A stretch of DNA of 63,644 bases, the filler included, from Folioceros fuciformis (Eukaryota): NCBI GenBank assembly GCA_049999805.1. It is 13 parts of 13 records of this genome, joined end to end, with 100 filler letters (N's around TTAATTAATTAA, not from the genome) between each part and the next. Parts side by side here need not be neighbours in the genome. Positions count along the whole stretch, not along the records: positions 21,233 to 25,672 come from JBNGIO010003382.1; positions 25,773 to 34,171 come from JBNGIO010003383.1; positions 34,272 to 44,501 come from JBNGIO010003384.1; 10 more parts are not named here. One strand, 5' to 3'. Positions 24,401 through 38,645 of this stretch are shown in pieces (position 1 is the first letter of the stretch; each line of letters begins with the position of its first letter). Made by a program: the position numbers and the translations under genes. The notes below the pieces were generated by a model, which was given only the letters and a program-made list of their open reading frames with translations, was not told the origin of the DNA and made no database searches.

Positions 24401-25672
24401 TTCCCTTATTAATTGCAAGACGCAAGAGACTGGCCTGCTCCTCCTGCTCTATCTTCCCTTGGTTTCAGCCCAGTCCGACTTGCATTGATTGATTCACGGA
24501 GGAGCTCGGCTCTGCTATGGCATGGTATGGTGCTGGTACGTGTGGAGGCAGTCAGTGCATCATGCTTCAACCCAGCAAGAGACAAATGACTAGATAAAGG
24601 CACCCAACATCCCTAACCTTACGAGCCTGCTGCTCTGCTCTGCTCTGCTCTGCTCTGCTGTGCTCTGAGGTGGGTGTTGCGTGTTGCGTATTGCCTGTTA
24701 GATGCTGCCTGTTGGCTGCATCAAATCATATCATATTTCTCCTCCCATGCTTTCTCAAATGCAAATGCTGCAGCGCAGCAACAGCGGAGCACAGCCCAGC
24801 ACGGGGAAGGGAAGGGAAGGGAAGATAAGGGAATGGAGGGCAAGGCCACGCACCATCGTGTGTTACATCATCATTTCATTATTTTAATAGCAATAGACTT
24901 TTATATTAGTAGAGGCGTAAGCGCCAAGAACGGAAGGGAAGGCAAAGGAAAGGAGAGGAGAGGAGAGGAGAGGATTGAGATTCAACCACGCTGTATGGCT
25001 CAGTCTCTTTTGCTCAGATCTGCTCAAGTCTCTTGCTATGCGCTGCTTTTTGCCATATTGACTTTCCCCTGAGATCAGCTGAGCTGGGTCTTTTTGCACA
25101 TAAACAGACAGACAGGGGGTGACATCACCTGCTCCAGGGCACATTGGCCAACTTCCACATAACAAATCTGGAATGCAAAAGGTCAATAATTGTGAGAAAT
25201 GTTCCCTCGGTAGCGAAAAAATCCTCGTAATCCTGAACCAGAATACCTACCTGCACACATACCATGCCATGTACATACATACATACATACATACATACAC
25301 ACACACACAGTAGTGGTCCGGACTTTGCCAGCCCTATTGCCAGGCCCAGGCCCAGGCCCAGCCCTAGGCCCAGGCCCAGCCCTAGGCCCAGGCCCAGGCC
25401 CAGGCCCAGGCCCCAGGCCGGGCGCCGCGGCGAGATTTATCGGAAAGCGGGCAGGCCCGCCAAACAGGTCTTTGAAAGGGTGCCAGTGGCGGGCTCCATC
25501 TCTCTCTACCCTCGTCTCTTCCCCTCTGTTGAATGCTATGGCGCCGTTTCTGCCAATTTGGACCCCAAAATATCTGGCGCCCTTTTTTCCCGATCCAACC
25601 AAAAGCTGCCCTGCACTGCCCTGCCATTCTGCTCCCACTTCCCCCTCCACTTCCCCTTCCCCCTCTCCCTCT
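21500..25672. repeat. Dense cluster of short tetra-, penta- and hexanucleotide SSRs (GGCGT, GCGGT, GGGCA, CCTAA, CTCTG, GAGAG, ATAC, GGCCCA) in non-coding DNA
   Basis: Read directly, e.g. (CCTAA)n 24319-24356, (CTCTG)n about 24632-24667 and (GGCCCA)n about 25342-25415. No recognisable protein in any frame. Confidence 0.7.
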
Positions 25673-27751
25673 NNNNNNNNNNNNNNNNNNNNNNNNNNNN
25701 NNNNNNNNNNNNNNNNTTAATTAATTAANNNNNNNNNNNNNNNNNNNNNNNNNNNNNNNNNNNNNNNNNNNNAGTGTTGCCTCCGCCGTAGCTCCCACCG
25801 CGCTGTCTCCAAGCCTTGTCTGAATTGAATGTCAACCCACGCCACTCCGAGGATCCACAAAGCACAACAAAAACCAGATCCCGCTTAATTCTCCGCTCCC
25901 CTCCAATCTCCTCCTCAGATCAAATCAAACGAAACAGATCCAATCTAGCCCGCGCCTGCACAGCATCCAGCAACTCCAAGCTTCAGCGCCGGTGCGCGCA
26001 AGAAGAATTCGCAAAGACGAGACGAGACGAGACACTGAAGATCCACACGCCCCACTGTTCAAGAACAGAGGACCGCTCAACGAAACCGAGACGGAGGGAT
26101 CGCAGAAAATTCCACACGACAAAGGAACGCTGGCTGGCGCGGACGGTGAGAAACCGGTAAGAAGTGACTGCGGCGCTTCGGGATTCACCTGGCTGCCTCG
26201 GGAGGGAGAAACGCCGGCGCCGAGAGCGGAGAGTCAGTGGAGCGAAAAGCAGCGGTGGCGGTAAGAGGTGGAAAGCACCGAATACAGCTCCGGTAACGGC
26301 CGCGTGGCAGTAGACACGGCCCGGCGTGGTAGGTTCGGGGGTTAGGGGCAAATTGTCTAAGTGAGCTGGAGCGGACGTGTCGTGGTGACCCGGTCCGCTC
26401 TGACCGTGGGAACCAGCAGCTACCACGTTTTGGGTCGTGACCAAACATGCCGCGTTGCAGGCGGAAGGCTCAAGGGAATGTTGTACTCAAATTTTGACTA
26501 CGTGGACGCGCCCAAAGCCCGTGGACACGGAATCCCGGGACGTAATGAACGGCAAGGCGGAGAGGAGACGTCACCGGAGACTGGCGCGTCCAATAGGAGC
26601 TGCCAGAGAGAAAGGAGGAGGAAAGTGGCCGAGGTTGGAGGACGGTGCAAACGCAGATCCTGTCCATTTAGATGCTCCAGGTTCAGTTGCGCGCAAGTAT
26701 CTTTTGAACTATCTTTGGGACAACCTACAGTGGCTAGATACAACATGGAGGGTTGAAAGACCCTTGCTCCCAGTGTCAGGTTAGTAAGAGGAAATTAGAG
26801 CGTTAGGAGCCCTACAAGGTGATGATGAGATGACACCAGGGACTAAGGTTTATCTTTCGTTGTGGGGCTGGCTGGAGTCACGGCTTGCTTCCGATGTAAC
26901 TTCTTCACCGCCGGCAAGACCAATGGTCGTATGAGCTCCTGCACAGGAACAGAAAACCAGAGTCAGTGACAAGCTATACGTATGTATACCGGATTTCCAC
27001 AGCGAGGAGATGAGCGGACGACAGCCGCATCCACTGCATCTGCAAGCCAATGTTACAACAGTTGTGAGCCACAAATAAGTAGCAGATCATGGACAACATG
27101 ATCAGCTACTGTTTCAAGCCCCGTTACGAAAAGATGCGCTAGCTGCGATGTAACTTCGTGCACATCTGCCCGAACTTTCTTTACAGTAAGAGTCACTTTC
27201 ATGTGCCACAGGTTCGACCCAATTAGGACAAACACAATCTAGACTGCGGTTCATCCCAGACTTAAGGGTCGGTTAACTTGAGGTATCTCACTGCAGACCT
27301 CGGCACTCAATTCTCAGCACCAGAGTTGCTACTCTGGTTGGGGGAATGATCAAGGAGCAGCACAGAGACCAGACCATGTTTAAAATTTGGAGGAAATCTG
27401 GATGGAGAAATCGTGGGAACTTCAAAGGGCCTGGCCCACAACTATATCAGGACTAGCGGGTGGATTGGGCTCCTGTAGCTAATAGAGACGAAAAGGAAAA
27501 ACATTGATAAAATACAGAATGGATAGAAAGCAACTAGAAACCTGGACCCTGCCTTGAGAGTGAGAGCTAAAGGTAATAGTACAAAGAATTAGAAAATGAA
27601 TCACTTTAAACTATTGAAGTTCCAAGTAGGCCCTGTTAGAGAATCAGTCTTCTGTAGACATATTCCTCATGCCCCCTGCACCTGATTGCCTCCTGCACAT
27701 TCTCCCTTGATCGCAGCATAGTCTCCGATGAGAACTGCAAGGTCCAAGAAC

Positions 27752-30229
27752 CTACCTAAAAGGATGCCTCGAAAATCCTCCATTCGCTCCGGGCGTCATC
27801 TCTCCATTATCCAACTTCAGTGACGTCAAAGATCTGTCTGTCTTGATTGGGCCAGGGATGCTCCTCAAGCTTGGACTCCTCTGAGGGTATCCAGAAGGCC
27901 TAGTTGCAATGCGACTGGATCCAGAGCTAGCCAGCAGAACATCTGCTGTAGGAAATGAGAGTCTCTTCTTGGCTGAACCTGCAAACTCCTTCTCTGGGGT
28001 TTCGGGCCTCTGCTTGGGAGTGCTATGAGACCGCACTTTGGCCCTTGCTGACTGAGTAATAGTCATGTAGTTGGGAATGGAGGGAGAGCTGGCCAGGCTC
28101 TCATCATCCCTTATTGAACCTGCAGTGCTGTGCTTCGCAAATCCAAACTTGGGTCGATCTGAAGGAAAACTCAGAGAACTTCTTGATGTAGACAGCACAC
28201 TCGAGAAATCATGGTCATCATCTGGGTTTGGCAGAGAAAACGTCTGAGGATTCGGCTGGCCCCGAGGACTAGCAGATCGAGGTGGGTTTGCCTTCTGGAT
28301 AGGAGGTGGAGTAACTGGTGAATGCAACACAGGGCTTGCCGGCTTCTGATATGAAACAGGAGTCCCATTCGGTGCAGATGTCACTGGTCCAGACGGAGGA
28401 GTCAACTGGTAAACAGGAGATGCACGCCGCTTGGAATTTTGCCGTCCTGGATCCACTTCCACTATCTTGGGGGCATTATCCTCAGCACTCTTGACTGATG
28501 CCGTTTCAACAGCATCCTTAGCATTGCTGTCAAAGATCCGGTTCTCCCATGGTCTTGCTGCCATCCATCGCTCAAGCCAGCTCCACCCCCAGTGCGGTTT
28601 GTCAGGCTCACAATCAATAAACAGTTGCGGCTGCTTCGGAGCCGATCTCCACAGCTGCAAGGCACAAGAAAGCGATGGCATGAGAAATGGCAAAAACAGA
28701 GAAACACAGCCATCTAGGGGGGGTGTGCACTGAAGCGAAAAAACAAGATGGACAACGGATGGCAGTGAAGGAAACAAGAGAGATGAAGCCTTACTTGATG
28801 GGAAAATGCGTATGCCAGGGCTCTTTCCCGCTTCATTGCGGCTGCATGCTTGAATTGTTGCTTCATTTGTAGTTCTTGAACTGTCCTTACACTGTCATTC
28901 CAGCCATCCTGATATGACCCATCAGACTGCAAGCCAACGATTACCATAGAAGTCACTGGAAGTAAAATAGACCTATTTCTGCCTGTGCACTATGTCTGCC
29001 TGTACAAGCAAGAAGACCACGGGTCGGACGACAATATGGTGTGGGGATGCCAATGATATCATGAGAACAGACTCTGAACACCTCGAGTTCAGAATTTCTC
29101 CCGGGATCATCACCCCACCACATGCCCTCTCTCAACCCTCCACACTCAGTCACCCAAGCCCTGTCGGAAGAAGAGCGTACCCGTGAGTAATTCTTTAGAG
29201 AACCACCTCCTGGACCTTGGATGCTGGAATCATCACCTGACTGCTCAGCAAGCCCTCCTCTAAAAACAGTAAGATCATTGCCTGCCACGGACTTCCTGTG
29301 CCGGGACTCAGACTGCCGCCTTTCCCGAATTTGCCTCTGCACGGCCTGACCTTCCTCAGACATACGGACTCTCCTAGCTCGCACCCGAGCTTGCACCCTG
29401 ACTAACGCCTGCATACAGCGCAGGGTGATAGAGGCCTGCCGTCGAACAGTGTGCCCGCGAACCAATGCCTGCAACCTCACTAGCCCCTTCAGTGCTCGCA
29501 GTGCTCTTCGAGCCTGTATCACAAGCAAGAGCATGAAACGACGGGTCATGACGCACATCGTCCCAATCCAAAGCCGAAGCAAACTCACACAAATTGAAAG
29601 TTACATGTAATGCCAAGTAAGCAACGAACACTCACAAGATAACCACGAAATGCCGTCTGTATCCTGGTGGCAGCCCACTCTTCTCGAGTAGTTCCGCCAT
29701 AAAATGAGTTGCGGGCAGCTCCTGTAAGACGCACAACAACAGCAGCCGCTTGTGCCGCAGCCACGGCAGCCTCTGCAGCCGCAGCGGTTGCAGCAGCCAC
29801 GGCAAGAGCATGCTTGCTCTGCTCATCATCAGCCTGAACCTGAGCCTGGGCCAGGGCCTGAGGGAGAGAGAGAGTTGACTTGTCAGATGACGCAAGCGCC
29901 TTCGACGCTTGACCTTCGCCGGGGGAGAGACCTGCCTTCCCAAAGCTCCATCTCCGCTTGTCTTTAGGAGTCTTCTTCTGCACAGAAGAAAGGCACACTG
30001 ATCAAAACGACATACCAACAAGGCTACCCTCTCACGTCATCTGCACTGAGGAAATAAAACAAAAGCAGAAGAAGGAACACAAAACACTCACTGCCGACGA
30101 CGACTCCTTCACATCCTCTTTCTCCACTTCCTTCGTGGGAGTCTTCTCCGCCTCCTTGGACGGCGACTCCTTGTTCGGCGACCTAAACACCTTCTTCACA
30201 GCGCTGAAGAACTTCCCTGACTTCCCCAT
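27752..30229 (-). CDS. IQD: IQ67-domain (IQD) calmodulin-binding, microtubule-associated protein
   Basis: Predicted exons 30229-30092, 29977-29636, 29513-29181 (3' boundary less certain), 28926-28795 and 28654-27752, all phase 0 with GT-AG ends. Motifs include [65 protein letters not shown] and the DUF4005-type [16 protein letters not shown]. Confidence 0.95.
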
Positions 30230-32576
30230 CGCACCAGCTGGGATCTGCGCCGGATCCGAGACACAAAAAAAGTTCCAAAGCTCCGATCAGTCAATCCACT
30301 CCACCAGACACAGAAGCTAGACCCAGCTCCACACCTATGACAGAAAACCGAAGGCGCTGAAGACAAACACAATGTAGCACAACACACGAGAGAACAGGAC
30401 GTCGCAGTCATGACTAACTCCCGCTCCGTGCCAGCATCAAATGAGAAAATTTGGCATCCCCGTCCCCGCTCCGCGGAGAAGCACAAAGTGAGACAACAAA
30501 CCTGCGACAGCCGGCCTAGCGCTCTCCTAACCACTCAGATTGACACTCGAGCAGCAGAGTCCTCCTCCTCCCCGGCAGCGTCCTGCAGGTCCCTGGCGTC
30601 ATCCCATCCTCCTCGATCTCCCATAGCGCGGTCCTCAATTCCAAGCCCGCACGCTGCACAAAACCATTCCAGATCCCTGCGACGGCACGGCACTGACAGC
30701 AGAAGAGAACCTTCCCCTCCTCCAACGCAATGCAGCACACTGAACGGTCCTGCCGATCCAGCGTAATGCGGCACCAAACGCGATGCACGGGCAGCAGCTG
30801 CAGTAGCGGCAGAGCGGCTCCGTCCGTCGCAGAGGCAGCGCAGTCAGTAGGCACAACAGCTGTGACTCCGGACAGCGAGAAACTGCGGAGCCCAGGGCGG
30901 GGCGGGGTCGGGCCGGGCCAGGCCGGGGCAGGCCTAGCCTAGTGGCCCAGCAGAGCGCAGTGCCCGAGAGACAGTCGCTGTAGCAGCAGGAGCAGGAAGA
31001 TGGGGTGCCATTGCTCCCGCGACACTGCAAGCGCGGAGCGCGGAAGGCATGCGGACACGACGGGCAAGTGCGCTTCCCAGCTGCCAGTCCTAGCCTTCGT
31101 CTCCCGCCATAGCCGCTCGAACCCGCTCCTGCTCCCTCTCCGCTCTCTCTCTCTTCTCTCTAGACAGTAAAGGGAGTAACAATCCCGCCCGTGTCGCGCG
31201 TGACCTGGTTTCACCCGTCACTCCCAGGTGGCGACGCTCGCGCTGTCGTGGCCCCCGGTACCCGGTACCGGAGCCGGTTGGGGGACATTTATGAGCGCCG
31301 GGAGGGCATCATGGTACCTGAAAGCCCCCTTCACACGGCACCACATGCCCGCACATGTCCCGCCAGTGCGGCCCGAAAGCGGCCGCTTAGCCGTGTCAGA
31401 AAATCCCTCTTTCCTTATCGCTCTATCTCTAGTCCACACTTTGGAGCGTTGTGCAATCCACAAAATCCAGCCAGCCCGTGTCAGGCACAGCAGCCCCCTA
31501 TAAATCTATCCACTCGGGAAACGCAAATGCATCGTTGGCCAATCGCCATACCCCGTCATACATACACAGGCGCAGAGCTGGTTTCCCGTCCTCAGATTAC
31601 AAGGCGGGGGAAACAAGCCCCCACCATATTCTACTACTACTTCATCTTCACCTAGATTAGAAAAGGAGAAAACAAGGCAGGCCGGACCGGACCGGACCGG
31701 GCGTAATGTCGCGTTTCGAGGACACCAAGAGCAGCAAGCCTGGTCTGGGCTGGCCTCGGCGCCCTGTCTTAAACGGAGCGCTTTAACTCACCAGCTTCCA
31801 GGCGGTAACGGACAGGAAGTCAGTTACGTGGGGGACAGCCGGACAAGGCGCGAGCGCACGCTAAGGAAAGTACCGGAGTGGAAAGCGACTCCAGCCGCCC
31901 GACTGCAGACGCGGGTTCGAAACCTGACACCTCCACATGGGCTTGCCTCGCCAGCAATGACGCATTCAAGTGGAAGCGAGCGAATGACACAACCGAGACT
32001 CCAGTCTTGGGACACGGACACAAAGGACGTGCTTATGACACGCCCACGCCGGTCCTGCCTCTAATCAATATTAGCTCTCATGCCTAATTATGGCCCAAGG
32101 CGCACAAAGCCTCGGGAATCGCCATCATTGTGGCCGGGCCCTCGCCGGCCGTTCGCTGTGTGAGCCTCGTGTGAATAGCAAGGAAGCCTCTAGAAATGAA
32201 GCGCAGGATCGTTTGTGTTGTTTACACCATCTTCGCACTCTCGGGGGCCACTTGTCCATTGTCCAAAGCGTCCTTCCGCACGCGCAATTCCATATGCTGA
32301 GCCATCCTGGTTGCCTCCCACGCACATGACGATCTGCGAGTACGTTCAGCCATCCTTCTCTTCTCCTTCTCCTTCTCCTTCCCTTGGGTCTCTATTGGAT
32401 AATATGGTTTTGTTTCATACCTAACTCTAGTTAAGAGTANNNNNNNNNNTGATGTCCGTATGATGCCCATATCACAAATTTGCCCATATCACAAATGTCT
32501 CCTTCCCTTGGGTAAGCCATGTAGTTTCTCGTGGGTAAGCAAGCCGGTGTGTGAGCCATGTAGTTTCTCGTGGCCC

Positions 32577-32770
32577 ATCACAAATTGTGGGCGATGGGTG
32601 ACAAAGAGAAAGCCCATCATTTGTGGGCTATGGGTGACAAGAGAAAGCCCTCCAATTGTGGGGTGACAAAGAGAAAGCCCATCATTTGTGGGCTATGGGT
32701 GACAAGAGAAAGCCCTCCAATTGTGGGGTGACAAGAGAAAGCCCATCAATTGCGGGCAATGGGTGACAAA
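32577..32770. repeat. Imperfect tandem repeat with core TGGGTGACAA(A)GAGAAAGCCC, about 6 copies
   Basis: Core recurs at about 29-36 bp spacing. Confidence 0.75.
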
Positions 32771-35700
32771 AGTAATCCTATCATGAAATTAAGATGTATC
32801 CAGCCCAACTTGAGTCCAATGTAGACTTGCACCAACTACTACATCTTGTGCTAGCATTTTCATACCTCTTTTGACTCTGAAATACAATTCAAAACACAGA
32901 CTTGTTTAGTCCATGTTTAAGTCTTGTATTAAGACATCAAGACATGAAGCTTACGTTCAAGATATGCATGCCAACCTTCACACAAGGACTACCAAACAAA
33001 TAACATTGTTTCAACACCTCTATAGAACAAACTATGCACAATGGTGATGGGGTTGGATAGGACTAGTTGCCAAGGTGATTGAGTTTAAAAGCATCAATGG
33101 AACCTAATGTATCCTAATATGGGGGGTGAAAGGATTTGTCTACCATCCACAAGTGAAAGGATCTACCTATTGCTAACATCACTCAAACAACCTTTCCCGT
33201 CTCACTATCTTGTAATTTATATCTGCTAACACTCTTTGTTGAACAATGGACATCTGCTAGCAACATGACATGGTGTGCGGATGACATATTCAAGGGGGTT
33301 TGCAAATAGAGTCCCATGTGGAGTCAGTTGCAACCACATCAACCAACAAAATCTGGTCCCTTAAAGTAAGAAGAAGCAGCTTAAAGAGAAACTCTATTGA
33401 GCGATGTGGTTCCCCTGACCATAACATCAGTGGGTGGGCTTAAACTAGTCCGAGGGATGAAAGAGTCCCAAAAAAGAGTGGGTTGCATCTACACATATTG
33501 TTTATGAAGAGGAGAAGCTTAAAGCTTGCAAACCCCTAGAAGGTGAAGGCATGAAAAATGAGGTATAGGAAGCCTTGCCTCAATCGATAGAGAGCCTCTT
33601 GTTGACTTAAAGGATACAAGTCTTGTATAGGGAAGACACTTTCCTCAACACCTTTGTAGGAAGGCATCCTTGTCAACACCAAAGACCAAAGATTTCAATA
33701 TCAGAAAGTTCCTAAATAAAAAGCCCAAATAATCTTGCTACATAATCAAAAGCCCTTCAAGCTAATCACCAATGTTAACGAGAGGGATACTATAAGAAGA
33801 AGATGCTCAACATAAGAAACTTAGAAAGAGCTTTGTAAACAAAGCTCCATCACAAAATCTACACCATCCTTGAAACACAAATATAATATAACAAAATTGT
33901 TCACAACCTAAGAATCTTTATTATGTAGGCCAGCTTTGAAGATTTTCAAAAGTTGACAAAATTCAAAGTTAAAAACCACGGTAGCATTGCTAATGCTAGC
34001 CACTTCAACATTTGTGAAGATATCGATATCAACTAATGCAATTTCAACTTCATGCAAAATGGAAAACTCATCTACCCCTAAAGAGGGAAATAAATCACTA
34101 GGGGTTAACCCATGAAGCCTAATGACTACCAATAGCACCTTAAACATCATGGTCTAGGAGGAGAAAGGGGANNNNNNNNNNNNNNNNNNNNNNNNNNNNN
34201 NNNNNNNNNNNNNNNTTAATTAATTAANNNNNNNNNNNNNNNNNNNNNNNNNNNNNNNNNNNNNNNNNNNNGATGAAGGGTGGTATCATTGGTGGAGACT
34301 TTAGCTCAGACACTCGATTGGACACTCCATCTAAGTTGTCCGATACTAGGAGGGGGACTGGGGCTGTCGGCAGTGCCTTGGGTTGCGTCGCTAGTACAGT
34401 GGCCTTCTTCTTTGGGGTAGGAGCCAAGGCCAGAGTAGTAACAAAGGAAGGTGCCAGAATTGGAGGGAGTTGAGCCATCGTCACCCTTTTTAAGTCCATC
34501 AAGACCTCGTAATGCCCCCAGGTATGGAATATGCAGGGGATAACCTTAAGGCACCGGGTGGCTTCTCCTACCTTAGCCTTCTAACATAAGACTAGATTTG
34601 ATGAGCTATTTCCTTCCCAATCCATTAGAGACCCCTAAGCCAAGCCATAGAGGAGCATCGACACTCCATTGGCCACATAATATGTCTTGGTAATCAACAA
34701 CCAATTTACAATAAGGCATCCGATGCCCAAATCCTTAAGTCCTCAATGTTGTGTATCAACGACTTGTTGGTGGTCTTGAAGGATCCATTCGTCAAGAGTG
34801 CTTTGGTAGCCCTCTTCACTAGAGCTTTGTTGTGCTAGGAGTTCAAGTAGAGCCCTCGGTGCTCCAAAACCAACCGTTGATTGACTTCCTTCATCATCTG
34901 GATGGTCCAAAAAAGGGGATTATCTCTCTTAGAAAAATCCCACCTAACCATCCCTTATCCGGGCTCGAGGAGCGTAATGCCAAAGTACACCGATGTAAGA
35001 GCTTACGCTATCGTCTCTATCACTACTGCAATCGTATGGAGGCGGTTACACATGCTCAACCTCATGTTGACAAGTATGCCTGACTCAGATCCGATTGTGA
35101 ATTGTGTCATTTCGTTCGCCAAGTGTCTTTCGTTCAAACCACCAAGTTTGGCATGCTTTCAACTTCGAAATCTTGTACTTACTGAAAGAAATATTAATAC
35201 TGAAAAGTAACACCTACACACAAAACCTTATTTCGATGAAGGGTTTGTCGGCACACTAGAGTAATACTTCTGTATCATGTTATCATGTTATACTCTAAGT
35301 CATCATGTGTGTTATTTTTTGGTGCTCACAAAAGGAGCTAGCCTCCATGGCCCTATCACTTTGGTGGTTTGTCTTACCTTTGTAGGAGTAGATTGTTTTC
35401 TATCTTGTTTTTGTATCTATCTAGAAAACCTTTTATCACAAGAAAAAAAACCTTTCTGCGTAGAAGGGAACTCATATAGATGACTACATGAATCTGGTGC
35501 ATTGAATATATATATATATAATACCAATGCAACCATCTTTGGCATCAAGTTGTCTCTATCTTATAGAAAAAACTTTTGACAAAAGTAAGGTTTATTATAG
35601 AACAATTTTTCTTCGTCGCACCTAGGATTACGATTTTCCATGTTACAAAGGTCCTAAAGAGTACCACCCAATCTCTACGAGAGATGAAAGTAAGCGTAGG

Positions 35701-38645
35701 GGACTTTCGTGCATGTAAGGCAGAGCTTAGGGGGAAAAAAAAAATAGTTTGTTATTCTCTTAAGGCCAAGTGTGTACAAAGACAATACCAACATTATATG
35801 ACATATGTACACTATTGTAGAGACAAGAGAAGACAAATGCTTATCCATGCCCAAGATGTGGGATTCTCCAATGTCCACAATCGTAAGTATGTTTCTAATA
35901 TGCTTTGTTGCATAGTTTGAGCAAATATGCCGGATGAACATGATAATGACATTACTGTATTACTCATGCCATATCTGGATTGTTGATTTGCGGACCATGT
36001 CCTTCAGCTACATGAAGTGGAGTGCTTTTGCTACTTGCTTTCATGGGTTGTTGATATCATCGACATACAACTTAGCTTGCATAAACCAAATTCTAGCATT
36101 TACATAGTATACGCATTGCGATCACCATGCATACCTCCTCCAACAAAAGTATCATCTACACCTCTCTCCTTGCTGGGTGTTGGTTCAACAACCTTTCAAT
36201 AGTGAGCCTTCAAATAGTGTGTAAGCTATAGCCAGGCTATAGTGCTAGCTCTTTTAACAGCCGGCCTCTCTTACAAATGCTATACCATCAACCCGAGGAT
36301 TACAAACGTTAGCCCCGTTCTCTATAAGGCCCCACTCTCCATCGTTCCTCCTTCAAGCACTTCCCTAGCAAGAGCTGCTTCATCCTTCTCATCCTTGCCT
36401 TTCACCACTATCATACCCCCTTCCACAATGCCCCCTTTCACTTGCCCCCCTTCCTCCTCACCCTCTTGAAGCTCCTCCTCTCCCCTTGGCACCCAAGCAG
36501 CCGGCATCAATAGTTAAGAACTATAGTTCTCCCTCCCACTACACGCTAGCTTCACACATCTCCATGGTGTGTGCCTAGGAGTTTGCACAAAGGCACTTGT
36601 GGGGGTATTGTCCGCCCTCTTGCCAACCCTCTCCCTCTCATATTATAGATAATAGTGGCTTGCTCACGAATGCCATTCCATTGCTTATGTGTGCAATTGG
36701 TCTCAAAGTAGTAGCATTGTAGGCAGTGAGGGGTTCAAACCTCCATGTACACTATGAGCATCATCAATCTGGTTGGGCTTACCTTAAAAAGGCCTAGTAG
36801 GTTTTTAGTGGCACGAAAATGTGGTCTTTGCACTATGTTGAATGCACAAGTGAGGAAGCCACACTAACATACTAGAGGAGACTTCCGGCAACCATGCCTC
36901 ACTTGGAGTGAAGAGGCACAATTGGCCGGTGCATGAATGTGTACAAAGTGCATGCAACCTAAGTGTTTTCCAACATTGCGTGGAAGGTATTGGGGGTGCT
37001 ATGAGAAACGAATGGAGAAGTTCACACCCCTAAAGTACGCCAACGCAATATTAAATATTTTACTCAATAACATACATATTTACACTCGCACAGTAAAAAC
37101 GAAGACCGGGAATTTCAAACTCCTACGGACATCCGTAAAACGCTTGGGAGCCTTGAAGTTTGGACGAGCGAATTTTGGATAACCCATTGAAAGCGGTGAG
37201 TTATGTCGAGGGAGAAAGACAGGCAGGATGTGGGCGACTGCATTGGCGGCGGCGCAAGCAGCGGTGACGAGAGGCCCATTTTCGTGGAACACGAAATTCA
37301 AGTTGTGGGAGGCGGCCTGGAAAAGGCTGAGAGCAGAGCGGAAGGCGCCAAACTTTTTTTCAAGTAGAAAACTCCCGCGCCGTACCTGGAGGCCCGGCTT
37401 GGAAGGCGTAAGCCACATGCAACCCGGCAGACAGGGGCCATCCAGATTATCAAACTCTCGTGTTTGCGCCAAAGAAAGAAAGACAGCGCAGCTGGGAGGA
37501 CTGGCCACTGGCCAGGCATGGAGACTCCCTTCTGGTGCTCGCTAAACCCAGGGCTACGGCCCACACGGCATCATGAATCGCGGTAACAGGAGTCGTTGCT
37601 TCGCGAGATGGTGCTGGTTAGGTGGGATTGTTAAGCCCGCCATAAAGGAGTCCAACATCAGTGCGATTCGCTGTCATGATCCCACCTGCAAAAGGTTATT
37701 TCCGCCCCCGGTTATCGCCCGCCTAACCTTCTCTCGGGTCAGGCAGGACCGGACCGGGGTCGTCTCTCTCACTTCTGTCAGCTGAGAGCTGCAATCCGTT
37801 CCCAGAAGTTGCTTCTCTCACAGACTCTGCGAGGCCCCGCGCGCTGGAGAGATCGGTGCTGCGGGCAATGCTGACCGAGTTTGGGTGGGATCTGGAGGGA
37901 TCTGAGCGAGTTTGGGGTGCGGGGAGCTGCTGCGGGTGAGGCACAGCTTGGGCGGAGGTCGGGGAGGTGCGCAGTGAAGAATTTGGTGCTCTGAGCGGGA
38001 AATGGGAAGGAGGAAGGGCCCCGGGATGGAGCGCTCGACGGGCAGCTCTGCACCTGGGTTTGCCTGTGCTGGGGCGGCCTGGGCGTGCGTGAGGACTGGA
38101 TGAGGAGCATTCTGCGGGTGGGTGGTGGATTGGGTTGTTGCAACGGCTGGACGGGCTCATTGTTTTTGTTTTGGGTGCTCGCGTGGAGTTTGCTTGGCTG
38201 CTGTGTGTGGGAATTCTGCACCTGCTGGTTGCCCGCGTCGGTTGCGCGTAGGGTGTAGGGGAATTGCGGGGAGTGTAGCGTGGTGGTGCACTGNNNNNNN
38301 NNNNNNNNNNNNNNNNNNNNNNNNNNNNNNNNNNNNNNNNNNNNNNNNNNNNNNNNNNNNNNNNNNNNNNNNNNNNNNNNNNNNNNNNNNNNNAAGATAG
38401 CGATCAGCGGAGTTGAATTCTGGAGGGAGTTTGCCCGCCCTTGTGCGATGTTGTGACATGTGCGCGGATTTTTTACGGGCTTGTGCTCCGATTCTTGTGG
38501 CAGACTTCACCGCTCTGGGAAAGTGTCGTCCAAGCTGGGAGTGACGGGCAGGCATTTGAGAGGGATTCCAGTCGAGGTCGTGGCACGGCCGATGGTGTGA
38601 GCCTGGCGTCTCGTAGATTGGTTTAGTGTAGAGAAACTGGGAGAG

